Assembly (NCBI GenBank): GCA_951406725.2
Contig: OX597827.1
Location: 21,948,001-22,012,000, forward strand
DNA length: 64,000 nt
Origin: Octopus vulgaris
Lineage: Eukaryota
Reading direction: 5' to 3'
Below are positions 13,342-25,185 of the stretch, piece by piece. The notes beneath the pieces were generated by a model. The model was not told where the DNA came from. It did not search any database and saw only the letters and a list, made by a program, of their open reading frames with translations. Each line of letters begins with the position of its first letter. The first letter of the stretch is position 1. The translations under genes were made by a program, and so were the position numbers.

Positions 13342-14993
13342 TGTGTGTGTATATGCATGGTATGTGTGTATATGTTAGTACTTTGTTTGTGTGTATGTGC
13401 GGCATGTAGAGATATATTTGAGTGTGTACGCTATAGGTTTGTAATTTGTGTGTGTGGGGGGTGGTGAATTTTTTTTTTTTTTTTTTTTTTTTTTTATATA
13501 TATATGTGTGTGTGTATGTGTGTGAAAAAATATATGTATGTGCATGTATGTATGTGTGTATATATATATATATATATGTGTATATATATGTGTGTGTGTG
13601 TATGTGTGTGTGTGTGTATATTTATTTGCATGTTTATGTGTGTATAAACATGTACATTATTTGCATGCGCATTGTATATATGTATATTGTATGTATGTGT
13701 ATTGTATATGTACGTGTACAATTAAGTGTATATATTTGTGTGTATGTGTGCACTGTATATATGTATATTGTAGGTGTGCTATATGTGCATGAATACATGT
13801 ATATGCATTGCGTGTATATATATGTATGCATTGTGTGTGTATGTATGTTATGTGTGTGTGTGTGTATATATATATTATATGTATGCGTACGTGTATGTGT
13901 ATGCATTGTATGTATGTGTGTTGTGTGTATATGTGGTACATCTATGTATGTGTATGTAAACACTATTTATATGTATATGTGTATATATGTATATGCATTG
14001 TCTATATATATATATATTATATGTATGTATTGCGTATGTATATTGCATGCATATATTGTGTATGTATATTACTTACATGCTGTATGTGTGTATTGTATGT
14101 GTGTATATATATATGCTAGGTGTATTTGTGTGATATTTATATTATGTATGTATGTGTGCGTGTGTTGTGTGTGTGTGTGTGTATGTGTGTTATATATCTG
14201 TGTATGTTATATATAGATACATGTTATATTTGTGTGCTGTGTGTATATGTGATATATGTGGGTGCGTTGTGTGTGGGTGTGTGTGTTCTGTGTGTGTGTG
14301 TGTTGTTTGTATGTGGTTTGTGTTTGTATACTATGTGTGTGTGTGTGTGTGTGTGTTGTTGTGTGTGTGTGTGTTTGTGTGTATATATATGTGTGTGACA
14401 AACAGACGCTGTCTGACCAGCAGGCACGGACACATCTATTCACACCCGCATACTAACCTCCTGATAACCCCAAAATCATTCATGCATAAAGGGGAAGTAT
14501 ACACCACATTGGCTACTTCTGTTCTCTCAGTTCAGCCTTTCTGCTAATACTGACAGGTCAGTAAAAACATACTTAAAATATTCTGAGATGGACAAAAAAT
14601 CCATTTTAATTTTTGCTGTCAAAACGCTGTATATATATACCAAAGATTGTATATATATACATGTAATGTGACAATTTGCGACAACCAATAATTAACGCAA
14701 CCAATTCCCAATAATATATTTGTTTTATCCTTTTCTGCCAAATTTTCCCAAATAATGTGACAATTATGTATAAAAAAACATTTTTGAATTCATAATATCC
14801 AATGTGACAATTATGTAAAAAACTTTTTTGAATGCATAATATTCAATGTGACAATTATGTAAAAAACTTTTTTGAACCCATAATATCCAATGTGACAATT
14901 ATGTAAAAACTTTTTTGAATGCATAATATTCAATGTGACAATTATGTAAAAAACTTTTTTGAACCCATATTATTCAATGTTTCCTTAAATGTA

Positions 14994-15034
14994 ACTTTTG
15001 ACAATCTTTTACCAAAGAGTGAAACCGGTTAAGT
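14994..15034 (+). ncRNA. Hammerhead-ribozyme-like motif (U3-A8 variant), right-arm copy
   Basis: ACTT-TTGACAA-[TCTTT TACC AAAGA GT]-GAAA-CCGG-TT-AAGT: helix I ACTT/AAGT, palindromic ACCGGT helix III, GUU triplet. The helix II junction is imperfect. Confidence 0.45.
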
Positions 15035-15077
15035 AAATAAACATCGTTTAAATTGCATTTTCAAACCTTTTTTCTTA

Positions 15078-15108
<31 letters not shown>

Positions 15109-15109
15109 C

Positions 15110-15850
15110 GTATAATATGCAAAGGTAAGATCCGAGGGTCCAATTGTAGGAAGTTAGTAAGTTTCGAGCTGTCCATAAAAGGTATTAAAAAAAAATACTT
15201 TCAGGCGGAATAATGGTTTATTGATGTAGAAGGTTGTAAATTTTTCCCATAACAAAGTTTGATAAGCTGAAGAGAATGGTAAAATAGGAAGTAAGGGTGG
15301 GTAGAGGTATGAGGAGGTTGAGAGATGGTTAGAGATGAAGAATGTGTGAGGAGTGAATATAATAAATGAAGAAGTGCTGATAAATGATGAATATATATTT
15401 GAAGGAAGTGTAGGTGATGACTGTCAAGATTGGCAGGGTTGAGAGACAGACGTAGTGAATGGTGGAAAAGGGTAGGGGTGATCAGTGATACATCTGAGTT
15501 GTGGGGTGGGTGGGTGGGTAGAGGAGAGTAGATAACAACTGAAAAGGGTGAATAGCTGCAGAATAATAGTAATAATAATACAATAGATATGCAAAGGACA
15601 CGGGAAATGTGTCAAGTCCAACAGGAAATGGTGTTTCCTAGGGCTAAATAACAGTAGCATTCTTCCCTTTCGTGGGACTGCCACATTAAGTTGACAACAT
15701 ACTATCACTTTATCGTGTTGCTACTGCATAAATCTATCTGAGAGATTTAGAAATGTGTTATTTCTATATTCAGATATGCAAAGGTCGAGAAGAAGAGAGA
15801 TGACATGTAGCTGGACAGGTTGTGAGAGTGTAAGGGAAGAGGTAGGTGCA
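15110..15850 (-). mobile_element. Highly degenerate Penelope-like (Neptune-type) 3' relic
   Basis: Minus-strand peptide ..LCISEYRNNTFLNLSDRF..HFLLDLTHFPCPLHI resembles a GIY-YIG C-terminus. A pyrimidine-rich 3' region ends at (TA)n near 15105. Confidence 0.35.
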
Positions 15851-15909
15851 TGGGGAGAGTGAGAGATGCATGGTGGTGGTGGTGGAGGAGGAGGAGAGAA
15901 TCCGATGAT

Positions 15910-16535
15910 GCTTCATTCAATAGAGCTTATACTGTTCCTACAGTTAGACCTTTCTAATGTGGTGCTGTTATGTAGGACTACCTTTTTGAAAATAGCTTTG
16001 AAATCAGCAACTAAGACGGAAACATGCTTAATTAATACTATCAACTAATTGTTTCGTTATTCACCGGGTGGGTGGGTAGAGTCTATATCAATGCAGGGTT
16101 AGGGTTCTCATTTGGTTTTTAGCAGGGCTTAGATTTACCTGAACTAAATTCATGTCTAGGAGATTAACTTTTTTAAGGTTAGTATTAAATGTAGCTTTAG
16201 GCTGACTTGGTTAAATATTTTGCATAAATTTTCTTTATCTTATCAATATCATGTCCATTTTTATTACGTACCACTCCTAGACTGTCGTCCTCATACAGCC
16301 TTATGTCAGCTTATTTTCTTTCATTTTTGAGGACATCAAAGACGTAAATGCCAACCTAGCTCTGCACCATCATACCTTCCCATAACAACATCAAATAGCT
16401 CATCTCCCTTCTTTTTCATCCAAACAGAATTATCATGAAAAAGCAATGACTTCCTTGCATTCCTTATAATGGCTGTATTAGCATTAATGATGGTTGTATC
16501 TCCTTTACTAAACTCAAGTGCCTCTTAGATCAGGC
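15910..16535 (-). pseudogene. Penelope-like element RT fragment (Nematis/Hydra-like)
   Basis: Minus-strand motifs LFDVVMGRYDGAE..VGIYV, LYEDDSLGV (consensus GLYRDDGL), KVNLLDMNL, KPNE.P...IDSTHPP..KQL..SINKH. Confidence 0.75.
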
Positions 16536-16559
16536 TTTTGGAAATTAAAGAGTAATATG

Positions 16560-16945
16560 GAACAGGAAAAAGAACCGGTGCACAAGGCCAGCATTACAGA
16601 TTTGAATGGAACAACAAAAACTTACATTGAAGTAACAGGAAACACCTTCAAGGAGAGATGTGCACAGCATTTGGCTTCATTCAGAAACAAAAACAAAAGA
16701 TAAGCAACATCTTTATCCAATATGGTTTGGATGCTTAAAGAGAGGATCATGAGCAACACCCATATAAACTGGAGCATCATAGCTACGGCAAACAAATATA
16801 GGGGACAGGGGAGTAAATGTGAGCTTTGAATTAGAGAAAAACTAAATATCATAACATCAACAGTGAAGGTTTTAAATATTAGGGAAAAATCCTCACCTTG
16901 CATGCACAAGCAGCAATTCATACTTTTCAATTTCAAGTATGACCC
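16560..16945 (+). pseudogene. Penelope-like GIY-YIG endonuclease fragment
   Basis: VHKASIT...KTYIEVTGNTFKERCAQHLASFRNK..ATSLS.MVWMLKE...INWSII...Y....KCEL*IREKL.I...LNIR...PCMH; contains stop codons. Confidence 0.8.
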
Positions 16946-17232
16946 TCCCATCCACCCACTCTGTCACCGCTCCAACCAGGATAAATTTTTGGACAGCATG
17001 CATTATATGTACATCTTGCATTAAAGACATAAACTCTCATGAAATTAGCCCTGGTCCCCTTACTACACAGATATATGTGCATGACGTGTACTTTGCATGA
17101 TCCACAGAAAAGAAAATATGATCTTATGGATTTACAACTTCATGGACCAAGCTTGGCATAAAAAAATCTGTGAAATCCCAAAATTATGCACACATACTCA
17201 AGCATGAACAGAATGCATGTATGTGTGTGTTC

Positions 17233-18698
17233 ACCATCGTCATCATCATTATTTAATGTCTGTTTTCCATGCTGGCATGGGTTGGACAATTTGACAGGAA
17301 CTGGCAAGCCTGTCCAGTTGTCTGCTTAGGCATGGTTTCTATGGGTGGATGCCCTTCTATATGCCAACCATTTCACAGAGTTTACTGGTGGCACCAACAC
17401 CAGCACTTTTATGTGGCACCAGCACTCACGAGCCCTCAAGACTAGGATCTCTCAGCTGAGAGACGGATGTAGTAGAGGACATTCCTGTATGTAGGGATGG
17501 CCATGATTTCGCTTAACATGTCTTCTCGGTCATAGCAAACTGCCAGGAGTCTCTGTTCTCCTGTCATCCACTCTGTGAGATCCAACGTCTGAGGATTCTT
17601 TCTCACCACTTCATCCCACATCTTCCTGGGTCAATCCCTTCCACATGTTCCCTCCACAATTAGAGATCAGCACCTCTTGGTGCAACTGTCTTCATTCATG
17701 TGCATCACGTGGCCACACCAGAGCAGTCTCTTCTCTCTTGCACACTACACCTGATACTACATATACCCAGTTTTTCTCTCAAATCCCTTACACTCTGTCA
17801 TTTATGCACACTGACAATTACCCATCCAGTGGAGCATATTTTCAAGACTTCACATATCCTCAGTAGTCCCAGCCCATGTCTCACTACCATGTAGCATAGC
17901 TGTTCATACTCAGACATCATACAATCTGCCTTTCACTCTGAGAGAGAGGCCTTTTGTCACTAAGAGAGGTAGAAGCTCTCTGAACTTTTCTCAGTCCAGT
18001 CTTATTCTAATAGCTACACTTTTGGAACTATTTCCTCTGCTGCTAATTTGGCCACCTAAGTAATGGAAATTGCCTACTGCTTCTAAGGAACAACCCAGAT
18101 ACTTGTTTAATGCACCTGTACAACTGCCACACACAAACACTACTTTCTTGGTTAATCTTCCCCTGATACTGATGCATCTTTTATGTGTCCATAGCTTGTA
18201 CTGGGTACACTTATGGAGTTTCTACAAACACTTTTTCTATAAATCAAGCAGGGCCATCTTCCTGAAGGGATCAGTGATTTGTCTGTTTTCCTACTTATAA
18301 AGACTTTGGTCTTTGCTAAAATTATCTCTAAGGTCCTTTGATTCCAGACCTTGCTTACACTCCTGAATTTTTTGGTCTAGTTCTGGTATTAATTCAGCAA
18401 TGAGAACAAGGTCGTCAGTGTAGAGGAGCTCCCAAGAGCAGCCAATCTTAAATTTCTGTTATGACCTGAAAAACCATGATAAAGAAGAAGGGGTTGAGAA
18501 GCGATCCCCAGTAAACTTTACCTATACTTTAAATTTCTTGCATACCTTGCTGCCTTTCATGTTACTGACAGCATCCCTGTAAATGGCTTGTACAGCTTTC
18601 ACTAATCACTCATCTATCCCTAGCTTCTGCATTGCCAACTAGATAAGGGATCAGGAGACTCTGTCAAAGGCTTTCTCCATGTCAACAAAAACCAAATA

Positions 18699-18730
<32 letters not shown>

Positions 18731-19575
18731 CCATCAGCATCGTTTAATGTCTGCTTTCCATGCTAGCATGGGTTGGACGATTTGACTGAGGTCTGGCAAA
18801 CCAGATGGCTGCACCAGACTCCAATCTGATCTGGCAGAGTTTCTACAGCTGGATGCCCTTCCTAAAGCCAACCACTCCAAGAGTGTAATGGATGCTTTTA
18901 TGTGCCACCGGCACGAGGGCCAGTCAGGTGGTACTGGCAATGGCCATGCTCAAATGGTGTTTTTTACGTGCCACCTGCACAGAAGCCAGTCCAGTGGCAC
19001 TGGCTAAATACTTCTGTAGTTGCCTAACCAGAAATATAGCATTGGTTATGCTCTTGCCTGGTACAAATCCAAACTGCATCCCATCTCCACTAACTCTCTC
19101 CCTAATTAGTTGAACTATGACCCTTTCTGTGACTTTCATCACCTGGTCCAGCAAATTTGATACCCCTGCAATTATTTCTGTCTAAAGCATCACCTTTACC
19201 TTTGTAGCAGTTGACTATAATGCTGCTCTCCCAGTTGTTGAATATAACTCACTCATGGACAATCTGATTAACTATATGCGTGACTAGGTCATATCCCACT
19301 CCACCAGATATTTTAAGCATTTCCCTTTCTTCATATTCTTAATTGCTTCATTTACTAAGCTACTGTCAATTCAGATAGCTGTCCCTTCTGTTGGGTCCAC
19401 ATTAGACAGACTCTCCTTCTTCCAAGCATTCTCTACATTTAGCAACTTTTCATAGTAGTACTTCCAAGCCTTCTTCTTTACAGAATCACTAACTGTAAGT
19501 GAGCCATCATCCATGTGAGCACACTTCTCTCCTGCAATGTCACAATTTTCTGTGACACACTGTCTTGCAATCTAA
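17233..19575 (-). mobile_element. Degenerate RTE LINE with a nested RTE-tail insert (18699-19005)
   Basis: Homologous to 5488-7832 (MQFGFVPGKS..AIFLVRQLQ, PHD region, CAT tail); frameshifted. Confidence 0.85.
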
Positions 19576-19793
19576 AACTTTGTTTTATATGCATGTATGT
19601 GGGTTTGCTTACTATACTGCTTGTACCCATGGTTTTATTCCAAAAGAATAAACGGTGTAAAATGCAATCTTCTCATCAGGAAAGAAACAGAATCTATCTC
19701 AACAACAAGACATTATAACAATGTTGTCTTCGAAACATATGTCGAAAGTAAAAGAATTTGAATAGCATCTGTGTTCAACTCCATTCATTTACT

Positions 19794-19843
<50 letters not shown>

Positions 19844-19870
19844 TATATATTTATATGACTATATATATAT

Positions 19871-22800
19871 CATCATCATTACCATTATCATCATCATTAA
19901 TGTCCATTTTCCATGCAAGCATGGGTTGGACGGTTCGACCAGGTCTGGGAAGCCAGGAGGCTGCACCAGGCTCCAGTCTGATCTGGCAGTATTTCTACAG
20001 CTAGATACCTTTCCTAACACCAACCACTCTGTAGTGGGTACTTTTTACGTGCCACCGGCACAGAAGCCGGTCATGCGGTGCTGGCATCAGCCATGTTTGG
20101 ATGTTGCTTTTTACGTGCCACTGGCATGGGTATCACAACTACAATTTCCATTTGATTTTTATTTTGATGTTGATGTACTTGACTCAATAGGTCTCCTCGA
20201 GCACAGCAGGTTGCCCTACGATCCAAGGTTAGCACAGCAGGCTGTCCTGCGAGCCATGAACTCACTTCATTTGTCAGGTCTTCGCAGTCACAGTATATCT
20301 CCAGAGGTCTCGGTCTTTCATCATTGCCTCTGTGAGGCCCAATGTTCGAAGGTCATACTTGACCAGCTCATCCCATGTCTTCCTGGGTCTACCTCTACCC
20401 CGGATTCCTTCAACTGTTTGGGAGTGGCACTTCTTCACACATCTCTCCTCATTCATCAATAGTACATGACCATACCAGCGCAAACGCCTCTCCTGCACAC
20501 CACATCCAATACTTCTTATGTCCAATAGTTCTCTCAGGGCACTTACACTCTGCCGTGCAAGCACACTGACATTACACATCCAGTGGATCATGCTAGCTTC
20601 ATTTCTTTCAAGCCTATGCATGTCCTCTGCAATCATAGCCCATGTTTCACTGCCATGAAGCATGACAGTTCGCACACATGCGTCATACAATCTAGCTTTC
20701 ACTCTGAGCTAGAGACCCTTTGTCACCAGTAGGGGAAAAAGCTTTTTAAACTTTGCCCAGGTTATTCTTATTCTAGTAGTAACACTCTGAGCATCGACCC
20801 CAACTAATAACTTGGTCACCTAGGTAGTGGAAGCTATCAACTACTTCTAGTTTCTCCCCCAGTAGTGTGATGGAATCTGTTTTCTGAGTATCTGTGGTGT
20901 CTATTGTCCCTGTGCATCTGCCACACATGAAAGCTATCTTCTCAGTTAATTTTCCTTTGATGTTGTTGCACCTCTTATGTGTCCATAGCTTACACTGGGT
21001 ACATCTTATGGAGTTTCTACCTATACCTTTTCTATAGATTGAGCAGGGTCACCTACCTGAGTGGGTGTGTGATGAGTTCCCTTCCTACTTAATAGAACTT
21101 TGGTCTTTGCTACATTGACTCTAAGGCCTTTTGATTCTAAACCTAGCTTCCACACACGAAATTTCTTTTCTAGTTCTGGTAGTGGTTCTGCTATGAGGGC
21201 CAGGTCATCAGCATAGAGGAGCTTCCAGGGGCAACCCATCTTGAATTCTTCTGTTATTGCCTGGAGGACTATGATGAATAAAAGGGGACTGAAAGTTGAA
21301 CCTTGGTAGACCCCTACTTCTACCCGGAATTCTTCACTATACTCATTGCCAATCCTAACCTTACTAACGGCCTCTCTGTAAAGGGTCTGTACAGCCCTTA
21401 TTAACCATTCATCAATCTCCAGTTTCCACATCACCCACCAGATAAGGGACCGGGAGACCCTGTCAAAGACTTTCTCCAAGTCCACAAAAGCTAAGTATAG
21501 AGGTTTATCTTTAGCTAGGTATTTCTCCTGCAGTTGTCGAACCAAGAATATGGCATCAGTGGTGCTTCTACCCGGCACAAAACTGAACTGCATCTCATCT
21601 AAGCAGACTCTCTCCCTGATGAGATAGGCTATAACCCTCTCTGTGACCTTCATCAGCTGATCCAGCAGTTTGATACGCCTGTAGTTATTTCTCTCTAGAG
21701 CATCACCTTTACCCTTGTAGCTATTGACTATGGTGCTTCTATGCCAGTCGTTGAGTATGACTCCATCATGAACTACTTGGTTTACAATGGAGGTGACTAG
21801 GCCATAGCCCACACCACCAGATGTTTTAAGCATCTCAGCAGTGATTCCTGATGGGCCAGGGGCTTTTCCTGGCTTCATACCTTTAATTGCTTTATCTACT
21901 AGGGAGCTATCTATTTGGATAGCTGGTCCCTCTACTGGGTCAACATTTGGCAGGCTCTACTCCTCCCATTCATTCTCCACATTCAGCGGTCTTTCACAGT
22001 GGCTTCTCCAAGTCTCTTTCTTTTCTGAATCACTAAAAGCAAGCGCCCCATCATCCAGCAGGTCTTTTGTTAGCCGCTCTCCAGCCATCTATTTAAAACT
22101 GTATACAGCTATGGTACGACCACACTTGGAATTCGCATCATCAGTTTGGAACCCCTATCTTGCACAGAACATTGACCTCCTGGAATCTGTCCAGAGACGT
22201 GCAAACAAACGCATACCCTCCATCAGACACCTACCATATTCTGAGCGCCTTGTTTCCCTGGGCATGGATTCACTGAAGCTCCGGCGTTTGGCGACGGACT
22301 TGGTAAACACCCACAAAGTTATCAACCACCTCACCAACAACAACACTGAACACCTTTTTGATCTCCATGTGTCTAACACACGTGGACATGCCTACAAAGT
22401 CAGAAAACAATACAGCTCCCATGACTTTCGGAAACATTTTTCACGCTCAGAGTTGCTGAAGCATGGAATAAACTGCCTGCGTCAGTTGTTGACTGCCATG
22501 ACACTGCATCTTTTAAGGCCCTCATGCTTTCCGAAATCCGCCGAAACTACACCTGATTATATATACACTTTAGATGAGTTGTAGTGCACCTGAGCACTGT
22601 ACACAATTATTATTATTATTATTATTATTATTCAAAGACATTTCTCTCCTGTGACATCACAATTTTCTCTCACACACTGTCTTGCAATTCGAAATACCTC
22701 AGTTCTTTAGTCCTCACATCGCTGGACACTAGCAAACCTCTTCTTTTCCGCTTCACTCTTGGCTATGTATACCTGCTGCCCAGCCTCCCTTTTAGCTACC

Positions 22801-23312
22801 TGGTACAGTTCCCTGCTACCCCCACCCTTTCAGGCTTTCCAGGTCTGTTTCTTTGATCTAATGGCTTTGTCTACCATACTATTCCACCACATAACTCTAA
22901 GTCTGGAAGGGACCTTGCACCATCCGCAGACTTAGTCTGTGGCACTCAGCAAGCTGACCCGTAGGAATTTCCAGCTACCTTCTATGTCTGATGTTTGTAG
23001 TTCCTCCTCCCTCTCCTCAAATTTCTTGATGAGGATGTCCCTAAATCTCTGACCATGTGAAGGGTTCTTTAGCCTCCAAATTTTTGTTTTGGGGATTATC
23101 TGCTCCTTGGTATCCTTCTGGCCTCAAGCCTAAAGTCACTAATGACTAGCCTATGCTGGGGGGGTGGGGGTGTACATTCTTCACCTGGAAGGGTCTTTGT
23201 ATTTAAGAGCAACCCTGCGTCCCGCTGTCTGGTGAAGATAAAATCAATCTGACAAGCAGAGTCCCTTGATTGATAGGTATAAAGTGGCTGTCTGGCATCC
23301 AGAAGTTAGTGT

Positions 23313-23313
<1 letters not shown>
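19871..23313 (-). mobile_element. RTE LINE, longer copy reaching the APE-domain end, interrupted by a CR1 fragment
   Basis: ORFs 21021-21878 (YADD) and 20274-20702; (CAT)n tail at 19871; 5' part continues 22633-23313. Confidence 0.9.
22062..22632 (+). mobile_element. CR1/L2-group LINE 3' fragment with (ATT)n tail, nested antisense in RTE
   Basis: LYTAMVRPHLEFASSVWNPY...LLESVQRRA.K...LPYSERL..L.MDSLKLRR..DL...TRGH. Confidence 0.9.
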
Positions 23314-23345
<32 letters not shown>

Positions 23346-23350
<5 letters not shown>

Positions 23351-23720
23351 ATTTTATAACTTGGGTTCAGCAAAGATTTGCTTAACCACATACCGAAGTT
23401 TAGAAATAGCAGCCAAAGAACCTTACCTATTTCTTCTACAATCAAATACCGATTGATTTTCGTTATTTTTCCTCTCTGTCTGCGTGGGTTCTTTCAAGTA
23501 CTTTGTTGTTGTCCGGGATTCTCTTCTTAAAGTAGAAGAAATAGCTAAGGTTCTTTGGCTGCTATTTCTAAATTTCAGTATGTGGTTAGCAAATCTTTGT
23601 TGAACCCTAGTTATAAAATATTGTTTAAGTTTACCGAGAAATGGTCCTTTTTCATGCTGAATTTTACTTGGTGAAATTATTGATTACTAGTTAATTAATC
23701 AATTTTACCCTTTGTTATTA
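23346..23720 (+). mobile_element. (TA)n-bounded fold-back insert (PLE pseudo-LTR-like); IR 23346-23439 / 23532-23624
   Basis: Inverted arms visible; the 3' terminus is homologous to the reverse complement of 24390-24600. Confidence 0.7.
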
Positions 23721-23738
23721 TATATGTATATACATATA

Positions 23739-24042
23739 TCATGTGACCACATGACCAACCAGACCATCAGATATTGTTACACATCGCTGGTCACAATGCG
23801 TTCGCATTGTTTTAGCCTTTGAATGATGCCACCCCGCTGGCTAAGTGAGCAGGCCAACAGAAGAACGAGTGGGAGAAAGAGTGGTGAAAGAGTATAGCAG
23901 GGATCACCACCCCCTGCCGGAGTGTCGTGGAGCTTTTAGGTGTTTTCGCTCAATAAACACTCACAACGCCCGGTCTGGGAATCAAAACCGCGATCCTTCG
24001 ACCACGAGTCCACTGCCCTAACCACTGGGCCATTATGCCTCC
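23739..24042 (-). mobile_element. tRNA-derived SINE family C variant
   Basis: Minus-strand head GGAGGC.TAATGGCCCAGTGGTTAGGGCAG...GGTTTTGATTCC; related to 35822-36111. Confidence 0.75.
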
Positions 24043-24389
24043 ACATATATACATATATATTCCTGTTTAAATTCCATTCTGTCAACATTTCAAATGTAAA
24101 ATTCTTCCCTGAAGGTGGAGGCTGATGTTATCCGATGAGGGGATCAAGTTACAATCATTATTTTGGACCACCAAGCCCCCAGAAACAGCTGTTGGAGTTG
24201 TAAAACTCTTATTTAACCCCTTTAATTCCTGATTTCATTTTTATTCTGTGTAAGTCAGATCTTTCTATATGTAAGACACACACACACACATATATATATT
24301 GTGTGTATATGTAAATATATATGTGTATGTTTGTGTGTATATATATGTGTGTGTGGTGTGTGTATACATATATATATATATTTTTTTTT

Positions 24390-24850
24390 AAATTAATAAT
24401 AGAAGGGTAAAAATTTATTAATTAAATTAATTATTTAATTAATCAAATAATTAATAATTTTACCAAGTAGATTGGCATGTTAAAATAACCTTTATAAGTA
24501 AAATTATACAAATATTTTATAATTATCCACATAATTATAATCCGGGTTCAGCTAATTGCTTCACTACATGCTGAATTAAGAAATAGAAGTTAAAATTCCT
24601 TTTCTACTACTGTAAGAATCTCCATGATGGTAAACACACTTTTTTACGAAGGCAAAGAGAAAAGCAATGAATCAACAAGGACCAGGATTAACTACATACG
24701 CGTTTCGAGATTAAAGTGATTTAAATTTTACTTACTTCTCTCTTCAGTATAATATCTCCAATTTTTTTCAAATTTTATTAAAAAAATGGGAAATATACTG
24801 AAGAGAGAAGTAAGAAAATTCAAATTACTTTAATCTCGAAACGCGTATAT
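24390..24850 (-). mobile_element. (TA)n-bounded PLE pseudo-LTR-like insert with inverted 5' segment
   Basis: IR 24697-24751 / 24794-24847 carrying a hammerhead motif; terminus shared with 23346-23720. Confidence 0.75.
24691..24753 (-). ncRNA. Type-I minimal hammerhead ribozyme
   Basis: ATTATA-CTGAAGA-GAGA...TCTC-GAAAC-GC-GTA-TGTAGT: 6-bp helix I with two G:U pairs, helix II GAGA/TCTC, palindromic ACGCGT. Confidence 0.75.
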
Positions 24851-24851
24851 A
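24794..24851 (+). ncRNA. Type-I minimal hammerhead ribozyme (inverted copy)
   Basis: TATA-CTGAAGA-GAGA...TCTC-GAAACGCGTA-TATA. Confidence 0.65.
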
Positions 24852-24921
24852 AATATATATATGTATACACATATATTTATATATATATATATATATGTAC
24901 ACACACACATATAGTTATATA

Positions 24922-25185
24922 TATCATCATCATCATCATTTAACGTCTGTTGTCCATGCTGGCATAGGTTGGATGATTTGACCAGGGCTGGTAGAAGGCT
25001 GCATCAGACTCCAGTCTGATATGGCATGGTTTTCTATGGTCGGATGCCCTTTCTAATACCAACCACTCTGAGAGTGTAATGTGTGCTTTTGCATGCCACC
25101 AGCATGGGTGCCATTTGCATAACACCAGTATCTGCCACAACATAACGCCAAAGGTCTTGGTCACTGGCTCTGTGACACCCAACAC
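24922..25185 (-). mobile_element. RTE 3'-tail element
   Basis: (CAT)n plus the conserved RTE 3' core and the DLWRY ORF end. Confidence 0.8.

Larger units (their letters stand above)
11675..15081. repeat. Giant inverted repeat: arms 11675-13265 and 13441-15081, 175-bp spacer, flanked by (TA)n
   Basis: Mirror-image ORFs throughout. The arms include unique sequence, a ~44-bp tandem (4 vs 5 units) and ~950 bp of cryptic TA/TG low-complexity DNA. Confidence 0.95.

Noticed and set aside
12167-14547. Many Cys/Val/Tyr/Ile- or His/Thr-rich ORFs
   Set aside because: Translations of TA/TG low-complexity DNA, open in several frames and on both strands.
21841-22584. 247-aa ORF as a novel gene
   Set aside because: Chance fusion of antisense RTE sequence with a nested CR1 fragment.
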